Of a stretch of 64,000 nt of DNA, positions 45,287-57,892 are shown in pieces (positions within the stretch are counted from its first letter, which is position 1; every line of letters starts with the position of its first letter). The translations under genes were made by a program, and so were the position numbers. A model generated the notes under the pieces. That model did not search any database. It had not been told where the DNA came from and saw nothing but the letters and a program-made list of their open reading frames with translations. This DNA is from Eledone cirrhosa (taxonomy: Eukaryota), in assembly GCA_964016885.1 (NCBI GenBank), contig OZ024742.1, forward strand, positions 239,816,001-239,880,000, given 5' to 3'.

Positions 45287-45293
<7 letters not shown>
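45016..45293. repeat. Long near-perfect inverted repeat (~130-bp arms, 18-nt spacer)
   Basis: 45016-45144 is the reverse complement of 45163-45293 with only a few mismatches and indels. Confidence 0.95.
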
Positions 45294-45319
<26 letters not shown>

Positions 45320-45320
<1 letters not shown>

Positions 45321-46013
45321 TAGTTAAACTACCCGTCCTTTGGACGGTTCAAGTAGCTTTCGATGTAGTTCATTAAACTAAACAAAGTAAATTTGAATAC
45401 ATAGAAGAAAAACGTAATTTATGTAAACATGAAAACCTTAGGCACTGTTCCAGCGAAATAATTAATATGTGAACTCTGTGTTTTTTTTTACAACAGTAAA
45501 AGCGCATCATGAAATAGAGAAGTGAAGTGAATAATAGACACTATGTACAAAGCATAATATTGTAAAAGTTATGACTTCACTTAATGTATGAACATCAAGC
45601 TTGAAACGATAAATTATACAATGTCAAATCTATAACTTAACTTAGTTATTAACTAAGTTAGAAATTGCTGGTTGTGAAATATACAAAATGATATTGTTAG
45701 TCTCAAGGAAGCGTATCTTTTGTTTCAAATACAACTAGTAAATTGAAATCCGAATGAGCCGAATTACGAAAGATAACTCTTGTCTTACTTAATCACGAAA
45801 ATTCATACAAATAACCAAAGTGTTTTTAATGTCTCCAAAGGCCCCAATATCGATTTTTGAAAGCCTTTGTAGATCGTGTACAGGTTTTGTGTAAGGAGAA
45901 GCTCTGTAAAAAATTTCAAAGAAATCGCATAAATGGTTTAGAATATATGAGCCCTCATTAAAAATTGTCCATACACACACATACAGAAAACTTTGTCTTT
46001 ATATATATACAGA
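45320..46013 (-). mobile_element. Non-autonomous Helitron
   Basis: On the minus strand: 5' A|TCTGTATATATATAAAG and 3' hairpin CCGTCC-AAA-GGACGG followed by CTAG|T. Confidence 0.8.
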
Positions 46014-46269
46014 TGTGTATGTGTGTGCATTTACACACACACATTTATATACATATATACACACACACATATGTACATATGCCTATAACACAAATATCAA
46101 CCAAAATAAAATCATCTCAATTTAGTTGTACCATAAAAGCTGAATGAAAATTGAATGCAAAAATACAATTCAGAACCACTCATACAATATTATCATGGAA
46201 ACAACGATAATTATATTTTATAATACATATGACCAGCTAGGAAAGTAAAGGACAAATTTTCACATACAT

Positions 46270-47668
<1,399 letters not shown>

Positions 47669-47869
47669 CGTAATATAATTTTCAATTGCATATGGAATGT
47701 TTATTTTATATTATCTCTTAAAACCTTGTACCACATGAGACTGCATTAACAAGACATTCGGAAAATGTATGAAACAGCACTGATTGTATCACATGAAAAA
47801 TTACAACCTTTACGCAAGCCAATAAAATAGAAGTGGTTACTGGGAAGGCAAAAAAGAAAGACAAAGAGA

Positions 47870-48130
47870 ACATAATTCAAGGAGAGAGAAGATGGTGACT
47901 GATGTTGCTTTTGAATTTTTTGCAAATTGTAGTAGCCAGGAAAGAAAGAAGCCAGGTGATAATCCCATTGGTGAGATGCGTGAGGAAAGAGACTATCAGA
48001 ATTGAATTTATGATTGTATTTTGGAACTTCAACTGTAAAAGGATGAGACCTAGTCACCAATCTAGTGCTCCATTTAAATTCATGAAGACTAGGCAACAGT
48101 GTGATAGTGATTAAAGCTGGCATGAAATCA
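47870..48130 (-). mobile_element. Decayed CR1/Jockey-type LINE 3' end
   Basis: Translation HPFTVEVPK...DSLFPHASHQWD...FPGYYNLQK resembles the SFFPRTxxLWN..YNLQxFK C-terminus. Confidence 0.55.
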
Positions 48131-49363
48131 ATACAAGATTATTCTAATTGTTGTTTTTAATTAAAGCAGTGTACAAATTGTCATGAACATATTTCCTTCA
48201 TTTATTCCTATTTATTATTATTGTGTTCAGCTCTGTCCATGATTAACATAGAAACCATTTCAGGATCTGGTCTTTCTATCTACCATTGGAGTGACCCATT
48301 TCACTATCCATACATAATAATACACTCTAAATAAATTTTTGACATTGGAATAAGTTCAAGCCATTTTAGGATCTGGTCTCTGACTGGAGAGTATATCTAG
48401 AGGACATCCCAATAGTAGAGGCAGAGTTTAGAGATGCCAGAAACTGAATGTTTGATGTAGTCAAATAGTTTGAGAAAGTTGCCTTTAACCTTTTTCATAC
48501 CAAACTGCAAGAAACCACCCCTTCTTCTAAGATACAAAACTCTTTTATTACATTATAATTTTTCTTAAGCTTTGTTCCGAACACCAGCTTACAAATGAGA
48601 AAGTTATTTGTATCACTAATTTCCTTCAAATTCTTGTTTATTTTCCTAATGATTAGAAAAATCATAGGCAGCATCATGTTTCATTAGAAATATGGTAATG
48701 AAAGCATTAATTATATTTAGAATTAGTTGTATCATTTCTTGTTGGTGTAACAGGATGTTAAAAGTTAAATAACATTCTGCACAGCCTACAGACATATATT
48801 TCAAGGACATGCATAACAAAGATACAATTGATATTAGTCAGAAAAAACAAAAACACAAACACACACAAAACATACAATGGAAACCATTTCTTTTTACAAT
48901 TCAAATTTTTTTTGCAGCATAAACTATAGTTGTTGCTGGAATTTAACAGAGTGTAAAGCTGCTGTGACAAAAATTAAATGAAGCAAACCAAAATTAAAAC
49001 CAAAGTTGAAAAAAAAAAGTGTAAGGGAGATGTGGAATAGCTATTCAAAATAAATAATTTGTGTTTTATGTGTGCTCGTGCACACAAATTCATACACTAT
49101 ACATACATATGTGTATGTATGTATGTATGTGTGCATATCTTGTGGTGGTGTGAGTGTGTGTGTTCATACGTATGTGTGTATATACACACACTCATTGTTC
49201 AGTCTTTTACTAATACTAAGTTAGTGTTAGAATCCCATATTCCATGATTATATATATATATATATATGAGAAACAGGTGAAAGAATCATCAAAGAGGGTT
49301 AGATAGAATTAGTGAAATGTTGAAAATGAAAGCAGGCCATCTATCAGACTGGGTCGATGCTAT

Positions 49364-49421
<58 letters not shown>

Positions 49422-49603
49422 CATACATATATATACATACATATACATATATATATATATATATAGGAAGAAGAATTCTTCCTTGCAAGAATAACCAGAG
49501 GAGGAATTTGTCTTCTGAATTCACCTATTAGAAATTTAGACCTAAGGTTATGTTATTGATTTTTCTAATGTTTGAAAAGCAGGGTTCAATGTCAACCACA
49601 TAC

Positions 49604-49732
49604 CTTAGGATGAAGATCTTTATTATCACCATCTTGTGTACCCTCCAAGGAGGCTCCTTTAAGGAGTTTACCATCTTCAGTGCTCCCACTTGAATGCCTG
49701 GACTTTGCTTGCTGCTCCCGCAGTGTGAACAG
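49604..49732 (-). CDS. PPFIA: Liprin-alpha coding exon (most 5' exon found; LFTLREQQAKSRHSSGSTEDGKLLKGASLEGTQDGDNKDLHPK)
   Basis: ttttttttctatatag acceptor and gtatgt donor; 129 nt, phase 0/0, open frame. Resembles the vertebrate liprin-alpha segment IVALREQN...SSEGSTE...HEK that precedes RLSNGS. Confidence 0.85.
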
Positions 49733-51772
49733 CTATATAGAAAAAAAAATTGTTTCTCTTCAGTGTCTGTATTGTGTTGGAGCACTTAGACTTGTGTACA
49801 AAACCTTGCTTTTGGTTGGCACCTCAGTCCAATGCCCTGTTGCTTGCTTGTAAGATTTCATAAGATAATACATCCACTGATTGTAAGGATTATCATGTAC
49901 TTAACTCTATAGATACCAAACCATCTGAAACTGTCCTGGCTTTTATGATATGATGATGTTTATTTTAAAGTAATTATGTTGATCTAATAAGAGTGCCAAA
50001 ATAATTTTATGTGAGAACCTGTGTTAAGTTATGCATAAAATATTAGCGTAATAATGAAAAAGTTAGCTATATTACTAAATCTTTCCAAATTGTTATTTTC
50101 AAAATGGTTCGAAAATTATATGCAATATATTTCATTAGAAATATAACAGAGGTGTTAAACTAAATTTTCCAGCTCATCAAATAATTAATTTTATTTTGTA
50201 TTTTTCATATCTGTGAATGTCTTGTATCCAGGGTTTATTTTTAGGAAATTCTAGAACTGCATAAATATTTGTGTTTGATATTCTCTGAATCTTAGAACCA
50301 TTTATAATGACTATCTAACATTTTAAGCATTTTAAACATTATTTACCATATAAATTTACAGTACAAAATTAAATTTAAAACTGCACAGAATTAGATCTAA
50401 AACTACAGAAGCAGGGGTCAAATACACTTTCAATTAATCACTGCTCATATTATTGACAACACAACAATGTAGTCCATTAATAAGTTTACCATTTATTTAA
50501 AAACATTTTTCATAACCCTGCACCCAAGCACTTCTTGTTTTGTTTTGTTTTGTTTTTTGCTCCTATTTTTCTCTCTCTCTTTCCCCCACATGGCTTAATA
50601 GTTAGAGAATTGGATTCACAATCATGAGGCTGGAAGTTTGATTCCCGAACCTGGTGATCTGTTATGCCCTTGAGCAAGACGCTTTATTTCAAATTGCTCT
50701 TTCTGTTGGGTGTTGTGACTGGTAGATATTATCAGCAATGGAAAGACCAATAGAAACGTTGTTTCCTTGGTCTGATTTGACGAGCTCCACCCCACTCGGA
50801 AAGCGAATGAGGTCTGGGATCTTGTCAATCAATTCCTTTCCTCTAGACTGAAACATAGCCATCGCACGCAGACAGCTATAATACTACTTTATTACTATAA
50901 ATAATAGTTGAAGAAAATCATATAAAGTATCCCTGGAGATGGAAATCATTGGACAGAGGTGCCTACAAGGAACCAAACCCTGTACTCGCTGGCATCTAAG
51001 AGATATGGGGTGCAATTTGCTGCCATCATTTCAGTCCACTTTTTTTCTATCTCCAGGGGGCGGGGGGCTTTATGCAATTTTCTTAAACTGTTATAGTGAT
51101 TGACTATTATTATAGTCATCTGTGTTGGGTCAGCTACATTTTAAATTCCCTCGATATTTAGTCAACTGGATGTTTACACTTTTTATACACCTTTTTCTAA
51201 GCAAGCTATTGATGCAGAATACTGAGCAAAAGAATGAAACTACTGGCTGTCATGTGTTAGTTTTGTGTATGTGTTCGATAGATTTTCTGTCTGTGTGTGT
51301 GTGTGGTTTAAACCTTCATCAGATTCAAACGACAAGTGTTCCAGTTGTTCAAATGACAGAACAGCCTGCTCGTGAAAATAATATGCAAGTGGCTGAGCAT
51401 TCCAAAGATGTGTTCTCTTGACAGTGATCTTGGAGAGATTCAGTTTGATACAATGGAACAATGTCAGCTCTCTGAATTACAAGGTTGCTCGTGAAATTAA
51501 TGTGTAAGTGGCTGAGTATTCCACAGGCAAATGTACCCCATAAAGTTCTCAGGGAGATTCAGTATGACACAATGTGTGACAAGTTTGGCCCTTTGAATCA
51601 CAGGTACAACAAATTTTTTCCAGCTGATTTCCACATGAAATAAAATGTCTTGCTCAAGGACACAATACAATGCCTGAAATCAAGCTCACGGCATAATTGT
51701 AAACATATGTGCATCTGATGTAGATTCTGATTTATTGCTATGTAATTCTTTGAGTGTAATATGACTTGAGTA

Positions 51773-51958
51773 TAATTGTTTCTACTTTAGGCACAAGGCC
51801 AGCAATTACCCAGTGCATTACTGGTACTTTATTTTATCGACCCTGTAAGGATGAAAGGCAAAGTTAACCTCGGCGGGATTTGAACTCAGAATGGAAAGGG
51901 CCGTAACTCTATGCTGCAAAGCATGGCATCAGACCCTCTAACGATTCTGCCAAGTCAC
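51773..51958 (-). mobile_element. tRNA-derived SINE, same family, inverted orientation
   Basis: Reverse complement closely matches 53313-53497. Confidence 0.88.
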
Positions 51959-53312
51959 GAGTATAATATAAGCCCTGTTTCTGAAGCAAAAAATAAATAA
52001 TAAATTATGTGTTTGTGTACTTCACCCCTGGAGTGTAGCCATGTCCATGTAAATTTTTTCTAAACTTTTACTATCTTATCCATCAAGATCTTGTGTATAA
52101 TATGACCTGTTTTCGAAAGCTAAAAAAGAAGGAGGGAGGGGTAAGTTATATCCTTGTACATAATATGAACCCGGAATACAGACATTTCTATGACATTTCT
52201 ATACTAGTATCATAGTATCCTTCAAAATATTGATCTCACACGTATATTCCACAACAATATTCAGTTTCTTATGTTAAAGAATGTAAAACAACAGATCTTA
52301 TGTTGTCCCATATTTTATTTCATCAATTTCCTGTCTTTGAGACCAACGATATTCACTTACACTGATTCCCCAATCACAAATATTGTCGATATATATCAAA
52401 TAACATCAGGAAACAACTCTTTTCAACATAATTTGCAATCTTGACATTTAAAATGAGTATTTTTAAGCTCAGTAAAATAAAAAAATTCTAAAAATGTGTA
52501 CTCATGTATAATATGATACTTGTCTTTTGTTTTTCCTTTAATTTCAATTCAAAATTTTTCATTATGCACAAGAAAATACGGTATGTGTGCATATGTATGT
52601 ACGTGAAGGTGTATATTTTTATTTAGACTGTTTTATACGATAAACTTAAAAAGTACTTTCAGCTATATAGAAGAGAAGAAAAATAGTTTAATTTTTGTTT
52701 GTTTTTTCCTTAGGGATAAGAGAGGAAAGGAGGAGAGGGATAGGGCAAATAACTCTCTGAACAATGAATGAGGATGTGATAAAAGTGAAACATAAAACAA
52801 CAAACAGAAAAAAAATCTAATAAATATACTTGGTAGCAGCAACTTTAGAGAAATACTACAACATAATTTATTAGGTATGACATAAAAAGATATTTTGTTT
52901 TGTTTGTTTTTTTCTTGTCGATTTTGGGGGAAAGGAAGCAAAATTCAGTAATAAACAACCAAAAATATAAGAAAAATAAATTTAAAAAATAATGTTGACA
53001 TTCAATATAGACAGTGACAGAATATAAAACATGATGAAAACAAATCAACAAGTGCTCCAGCTGCCGCTGCTGCAAATGGAAATTGTGCAACATTGTTTTA
53101 ATAATTTACATCAATGTGCATGGATGCAAATGTGACAACATTTTCACACACAAAAAAACACAAAAAAAAAATTTTAAGTAAATGTATTTTTTTTTTTCAA
53201 TATCAGATTTCAATAATAACAATAATAACAACAACAACAAAAAGAATTTAAAAGGTAAAGTATGTAAATACAAATTTGACACAGAAGATAGAGAAGTTTT
53301 ATCATTATTTTT

Positions 53313-53497
53313 GTGGATTGGCAGTATCGGTAGAGGGTCGGACACCATGCTTTGACGCATAGTTACGGCCCTTGCCATTCTGAGTTCAAATCCCGCCGAG
53401 GTTAACTTTGCCTTTCATCCTTACGGGGTCGATAAAGTAAGGTACCAGTAATGAACTGGGTAATTGCTGGACTTGTGCCAAAAGTAGAAACAATTAT
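53313..53497 (+). mobile_element. tRNA-derived SINE, same family as 23786
   Basis: Highly similar to 23790-23973. Confidence 0.88.
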
Positions 53498-53620
53498 TTT
53501 TGGCAGTGGGCTCTTCATCAATTTGATATTCACTTTATTCACGGTACTCAAATTGATTTAAAAATAAAAATGAATAAATAGATTATTTATCTATCTATTC
53601 CTCTAAATATATATATATAT

Positions 53621-53965
53621 CATCATCATCATCATCATCATCATTTTACATCCACTTTTCCCTGTTTGCAAGGGTGGGACGGGAACTGATTCTGGCTTGA
53701 TTTCTACAGCTGGATGCCCTTCCTAACACCAACCTCATTTACAGTGAGTGCTGTGTGCTTTTTTGCCGTGGCACCTCCACGACCACTTTACAGTGGAATG
53801 ATAGGGACCCCAGTCCTATCATCTCATTTCTACAGCTGAGTAAACTGGAGCAATGTGAAATAAAGTGTCTTGCTCAAGGAAACAACACATCATCCGGTCT
53901 GAGAGTTGAACTCACAACCTTTCGATTGCAAGGCCAATGCTCTAACCACTAAGCCATGTGCCTCC
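53621..53965 (-). mobile_element. Young mosaic tRNA-derived SINE with RTE-derived tail (copy 2)
   Basis: Near-identical to 40671-41015 and also embedded in (TA)n. Confidence 0.9.
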
Positions 53966-54333
53966 ATATATATATATATATTTATTTATTTATTTATGTG
54001 TGTGTACTATCATCATTAAATGATGATATGTAGGTGTGTGTGTGTGTATTATCATCATTTGTGATGATATATGAGTATGTGTGTGTATCATTGTCAACAT
54101 TAAATGATGAGATGAGTGTGTGTATTGGGAGAGGTTGAGGTAAAGAACAAGTGAAATAACTTTAAATTGAATGCTCTAAAATATTTGTTGACAATATAAT
54201 GGTGAACAAGTGGAAAAGAAGAACAAAAGTGTATATGATATGGTATGGCATGATTTATGCAGACAAAAATATATAGGATATAATATGCCATGATATATGT
54301 GGAACAAAATTGTATATGATATTATTATTGTTA

Positions 54334-57300
54334 TTGTTATTATATACAAGCCGAACTGGACTGGGAAAGGTCAACAGTTGACATGATAGTGATTTTGACG
54401 ATTTTGACTTTGATTTTGATTTTGTATCAGAACTGTCGGTAATATATGTATATATATATATGTTTGTGAGTTGTGTGTGTGATTGTATGCATGAATGAGT
54501 GTTGGTATGTGTGGTTGTGGTTTGTATGCATGAGTATTAGTGTGTGAGTCGTGTCAATAAGTTTTTTTTTTTTTTTTTTTTTTTTTTAAATGACCATGCT
54601 GTAAAATGGAGGGGTAGAGAGGGCCCTTGAGTCTAGTAAGACATCCTCTCTAGTGCTGGTGGCACAAATAAAAGCACCCAGTCCATGCTGTAAAGTGGCG
54701 CTGGTGTTAGGAAGGGCATCCAACCAGTGTATCAATGCCAAAAAGCTTATCAGCACAGCAACAAAACAGCATAGAAAAAAAAAAATATGAAGACGTCGCA
54801 TCTCAGAGTTGCAACACTTAATGTTGGCACTCTCAGAGGTAGATCTGCTGAAATAGCGGAGATGCTGGAGAGAAGGCAGGTGGATGTGTGCTGCGTGCAA
54901 GAGGTGAGATGGAGAGGTGCCTCTGCGAGACTAGTCGTAGGCAAGCGTCTTAGCTATAAGCTATTCTGGGTAGGTAAGGATGATGGGTTAGGGGGAGTAG
55001 GCATTTTCCTGGCTGAGAAATGGATCAATAAGACAATAGAGGTAGTTCGAGTTAGTAATCGAATAATTAAGCTTAGATTAGTTGTAGGTAGGAGACTACT
55101 GACAATCATCTCGGTCTATGCTCCCCAAGCAGGCCTAGGCAAAGATGAGAAAGACTGCTTTTATGAGCAACTTTTGCAAACAACCACAATGACAGAGGAC
55201 GGAGACATCGTTATGCTAGCAGGAGACTTCAATGGTCATGTTGGACAGCTCCAGGATGGTTACACTGGGGTACATGGTGGGCATGGTTACGGTTCAAGAA
55301 ATGAAGAAGGAGTGAGACTTCTTGAATTTTGTGATGCAAGTACATTGACTATTTGCAACACAAACTTCCAGAAACCTGCCAATCACCTAATAACCTACAA
55401 ATCTGGTGAGCACATAAGCCAGATTGACTTCCTGCTAGTTAGGCAGCGGGACAGGCAGATAGTGTCTAATACCAAGGCATACCCTGGGGAAGAATGTACC
55501 CCACAGCATAGGTTAGTTGTTAGTGATATCTCAGTAAGCAAGAGATGGAATGAGCCATATAGGAAGGTGTGGAGAAGAAAGGTCTGGAAGCTAAAAGACC
55601 TTTCACTAAAATTCAAATTTAGGAAAGCCCTTCAAGATGTATATGACGAAAAAGAAGACGATTTAGAGACGTATGACATAGATAATAACTGGAAGTTCTT
55701 ACGTGACAACTTGCTGAAGGCTACTGATGAAACTTGTGGCTGGAGCAGAGCCCCAACCAGACAGAGAGTGACCTGGTGGTGGAACAGCAGTGTAGATAAG
55801 GCTATTAGAGACAAAAGACTAGCATGGAAGGCTTGGAATAAGGGTGGGAGTAGGGAAGAATATACAGCCACTAAGAGAGAAGCTAGACGTCAGGTGTACT
55901 TAGCACGCAGGGAGGCAGAGAGTAGGAGGTTTGCCAATGTTCTGCGACGGGAAGATCAGAGGCGTGCGGTGTTCCACATTGCAAGGCAGTGTGTCAATGC
56001 AAATCAGGATGTTGTTGGTGATAAATGTGTCCGGGATGATGCCGGTGTACTTAGTGTCACGAATGACCAGAAAAAGGAGGCCTGGAAATGCCATTATGAG
56101 AGACTGATGAATGTGGAGAACGAATGGGAGAGAGAGAAATTACCCTTGGTAGATCCGACAGAGGGACCAGCTATTGAGATTGACGAATATAGGGTCCAAG
56201 AGGCGATTAGGGAAATGAAAAATGGTAAGGCGGCCGGACCATCGGGAATAGTTGCTGAGATGCTGAAGGCATCAGGGGACGTAGGCACTAAACTGGTTGC
56301 ACGCATAATCAATCAGGCTATATATGGTGGTGTCATACCCAAAGACTGGTGCAGCAGTATTCTCATAAATTGCTACAAAGGTAAAGGGGATGCTTTGGAG
56401 AGGAGCAATTATAGGGGTATAAAACTGATAGATCAGGTTATGAAAGTGGCAGAAAGGATTTTAGCACAACTAATTAGAGAAAGGGTCAAACTAGATGAGA
56501 TGCAGTTTGGTTTTGTGCCTGGGAAGAGTACAACAGATGCCCTCTTCTTGGTGAGACAAATGCAAGAGAGGTTCTTAGAGAAGAATAAGCCACTATACTT
56601 GGCCTTTGTTGACCTAGAGAAGGCCTTTGATAGGGTACCCCGATCTGTCATCTGGTGGTCCCTAAGGAAGCTGGGTGTTGAGGAATGGCTTGTAAGGACA
56701 GTGCAAACTTTGTACAGAGGTACTCTCAGTAAAGTCAGGGTAGGAATGGAGTTTAGTGAGGAATTCCAGATACAAGTAGGAGTACATCAGGGTTCGGTCC
56801 TCAGCCCGCTCTTGTTCATTATAGTCCTCCAAGCCATAACAGAGGAGTTTAAGACTGGCTGTCCATGGGAACTTCTCTATGCTGACGATCTGGCTCTTAT
56901 GGCAGAATCAGTAGAGGAGCTAGAGAATAAATTCCGGCTATGGAAACAGCAGTTGGAAGCAAGAGGACTGAGAGTAAATCTAGCTAAGACAAAAGTGTTG
57001 ATGAGTAGAAAAGATGACAAAACCCTGATTCCGTCAGGGAAATGGCCATGTTCGATATGCAGAAAAGGAACTGGCATAAATTCTATAAAATGCACACAAT
57101 GTAAGTCCTGGGTACACAAGAGATGTAGCGGGATAGCAGGCAAACTAACAGGTAGGGAGAAATATGTATGCAGTAGATGTACAGGGAAATTAGACAGTAG
57201 AAGTCGCACTGATAGACACATTTTTCAAATGCGAGAGGGCGCTATAGAAGTGGTGGATAGCTTCCGGTACCTAGGAGATCAGATTAGCATGGGAGGAGGG

Positions 57301-57878
57301 TGTTCCGAGGCCATAGTATCTAGAATAAGGACGGGTTGGAAGAAGTTTAGGGAGCTGCTTCCTCTGTTGACGAAGAAGGGTTTCTCCCTGCGTACGAAAG
57401 GCCGGTTGTATGATGCCTGTGTGAGGAGCGCGATGCTGCATGGTAGTGAGACATGGGCAGCTACCGCAGAAGATATGCGACGGCTGGAGAGAAATGAGGC
57501 AAGCATGCTCCGTTGGATGTGCAGTGTAAATGTGCGTGAACGACCCAGCATAAATGTGTTGAGAGAGAAACTGTGTCTGAGAGGGATAGAATGTAGTGTA
57601 CGGGAGAGGAGACTGAGGTGGTATGGACATGTGATGCGCATGGAGGATGACCGATGGGTGAAGAAGTGCCAGGAAATGCCAGTTGAAGGAAGACGTAGTA
57701 GAGGTAGACCACGAAAAACATGGGCGGAGGTGGTGAGAACAGACCTCAGATCATTGAAGCTCACGGTGGAGATGACGAGGGACCGTGACGAGTGGAGAGA
57801 TGCTGTGCTGAATAAGACCCGTCCCACCCTTGCAAGCAGGGAAAAGCGGACGTAAAATGATGATGATGATGATGATGG
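54334..57878 (+). mobile_element. LINE A, putatively full-length RTE retrotransposon
   Basis: Intact single ORF, (GAT)n tail directly after the stop, and a candidate 11-bp TSD tattattgtta at 54323-54333 and 57879-57889. The 5' boundary is tentative. Confidence 0.85.
54787..57855 (+). CDS. LINE A ORF: RTE-clade APE endonuclease + reverse transcriptase + PHD-like zinc finger (1022 aa, intact)
   Basis: APE motifs TLNVGTL, CCVQE, YAPQ, GDFNGH, SQIDF. RT motifs NYRGIKL, QFGF, AFVDLEKAFD, GVHQGSVLSP, YADD. RTE-type C-terminus RRLRWYGHV and RGRPRKTW. Confidence 0.96.
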   Translation: MKTSHLRVATLNVGTLRGRSAEIAEMLERRQVDVCCVQEVRWRGASARLVVGKRLSYKLFWVGKDDGLGGVGIFLAEKWINKTIEVVRVSNRIIKLRLVVGRRLLTIISVYAPQAGLGKDEKDCFYEQLLQTTTMTEDGDIVMLAGDFNGHVGQLQDGYTGVHGGHGYGSRNEEGVRLLEFCDASTLTICNTNFQKPANHLITYKSGEHISQIDFLLVRQRDRQIVSNTKAYPGEECTPQHRLVVSDISVSKRWNEPYRKVWRRKVWKLKDLSLKFKFRKALQDVYDEKEDDLETYDIDNNWKFLRDNLLKATDETCGWSRAPTRQRVTWWWNSSVDKAIRDKRLAWKAWNKGGSREEYTATKREARRQVYLARREAESRRFANVLRREDQRRAVFHIARQCVNANQDVVGDKCVRDDAGVLSVTNDQKKEAWKCHYERLMNVENEWEREKLPLVDPTEGPAIEIDEYRVQEAIREMKNGKAAGPSGIVAEMLKASGDVGTKLVARIINQAIYGGVIPKDWCSSILINCYKGKGDALERSNYRGIKLIDQVMKVAERILAQLIRERVKLDEMQFGFVPGKSTTDALFLVRQMQERFLEKNKPLYLAFVDLEKAFDRVPRSVIWWSLRKLGVEEWLVRTVQTLYRGTLSKVRVGMEFSEEFQIQVGVHQGSVLSPLLFIIVLQAITEEFKTGCPWELLYADDLALMAESVEELENKFRLWKQQLEARGLRVNLAKTKVLMSRKDDKTLIPSGKWPCSICRKGTGINSIKCTQCKSWVHKRCSGIAGKLTGREKYVCSRCTGKLDSRSRTDRHIFQMREGAIEVVDSFRYLGDQISMGGGCSEAIVSRIRTGWKKFRELLPLLTKKGFSLRTKGRLYDACVRSAMLHGSETWAATAEDMRRLERNEASMLRWMCSVNVRERPSINVLREKLCLRGIECSVRERRLRWYGHVMRMEDDRWVKKCQEMPVEGRRSRGRPRKTWAEVVRTDLRSLKLTVEMTRDRDEWRDAVLNKTRPTLASREKRT

Positions 57879-57892
57879 TATTATTGTTAATT

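Noticed and set aside
54334-54786. Self-cleaving ribozyme (HDV-like or twister) at the LINE A 5' end
   Set aside because: RTE leaders often carry one, but I could not fold a canonical core by eye. An Infernal scan is needed.
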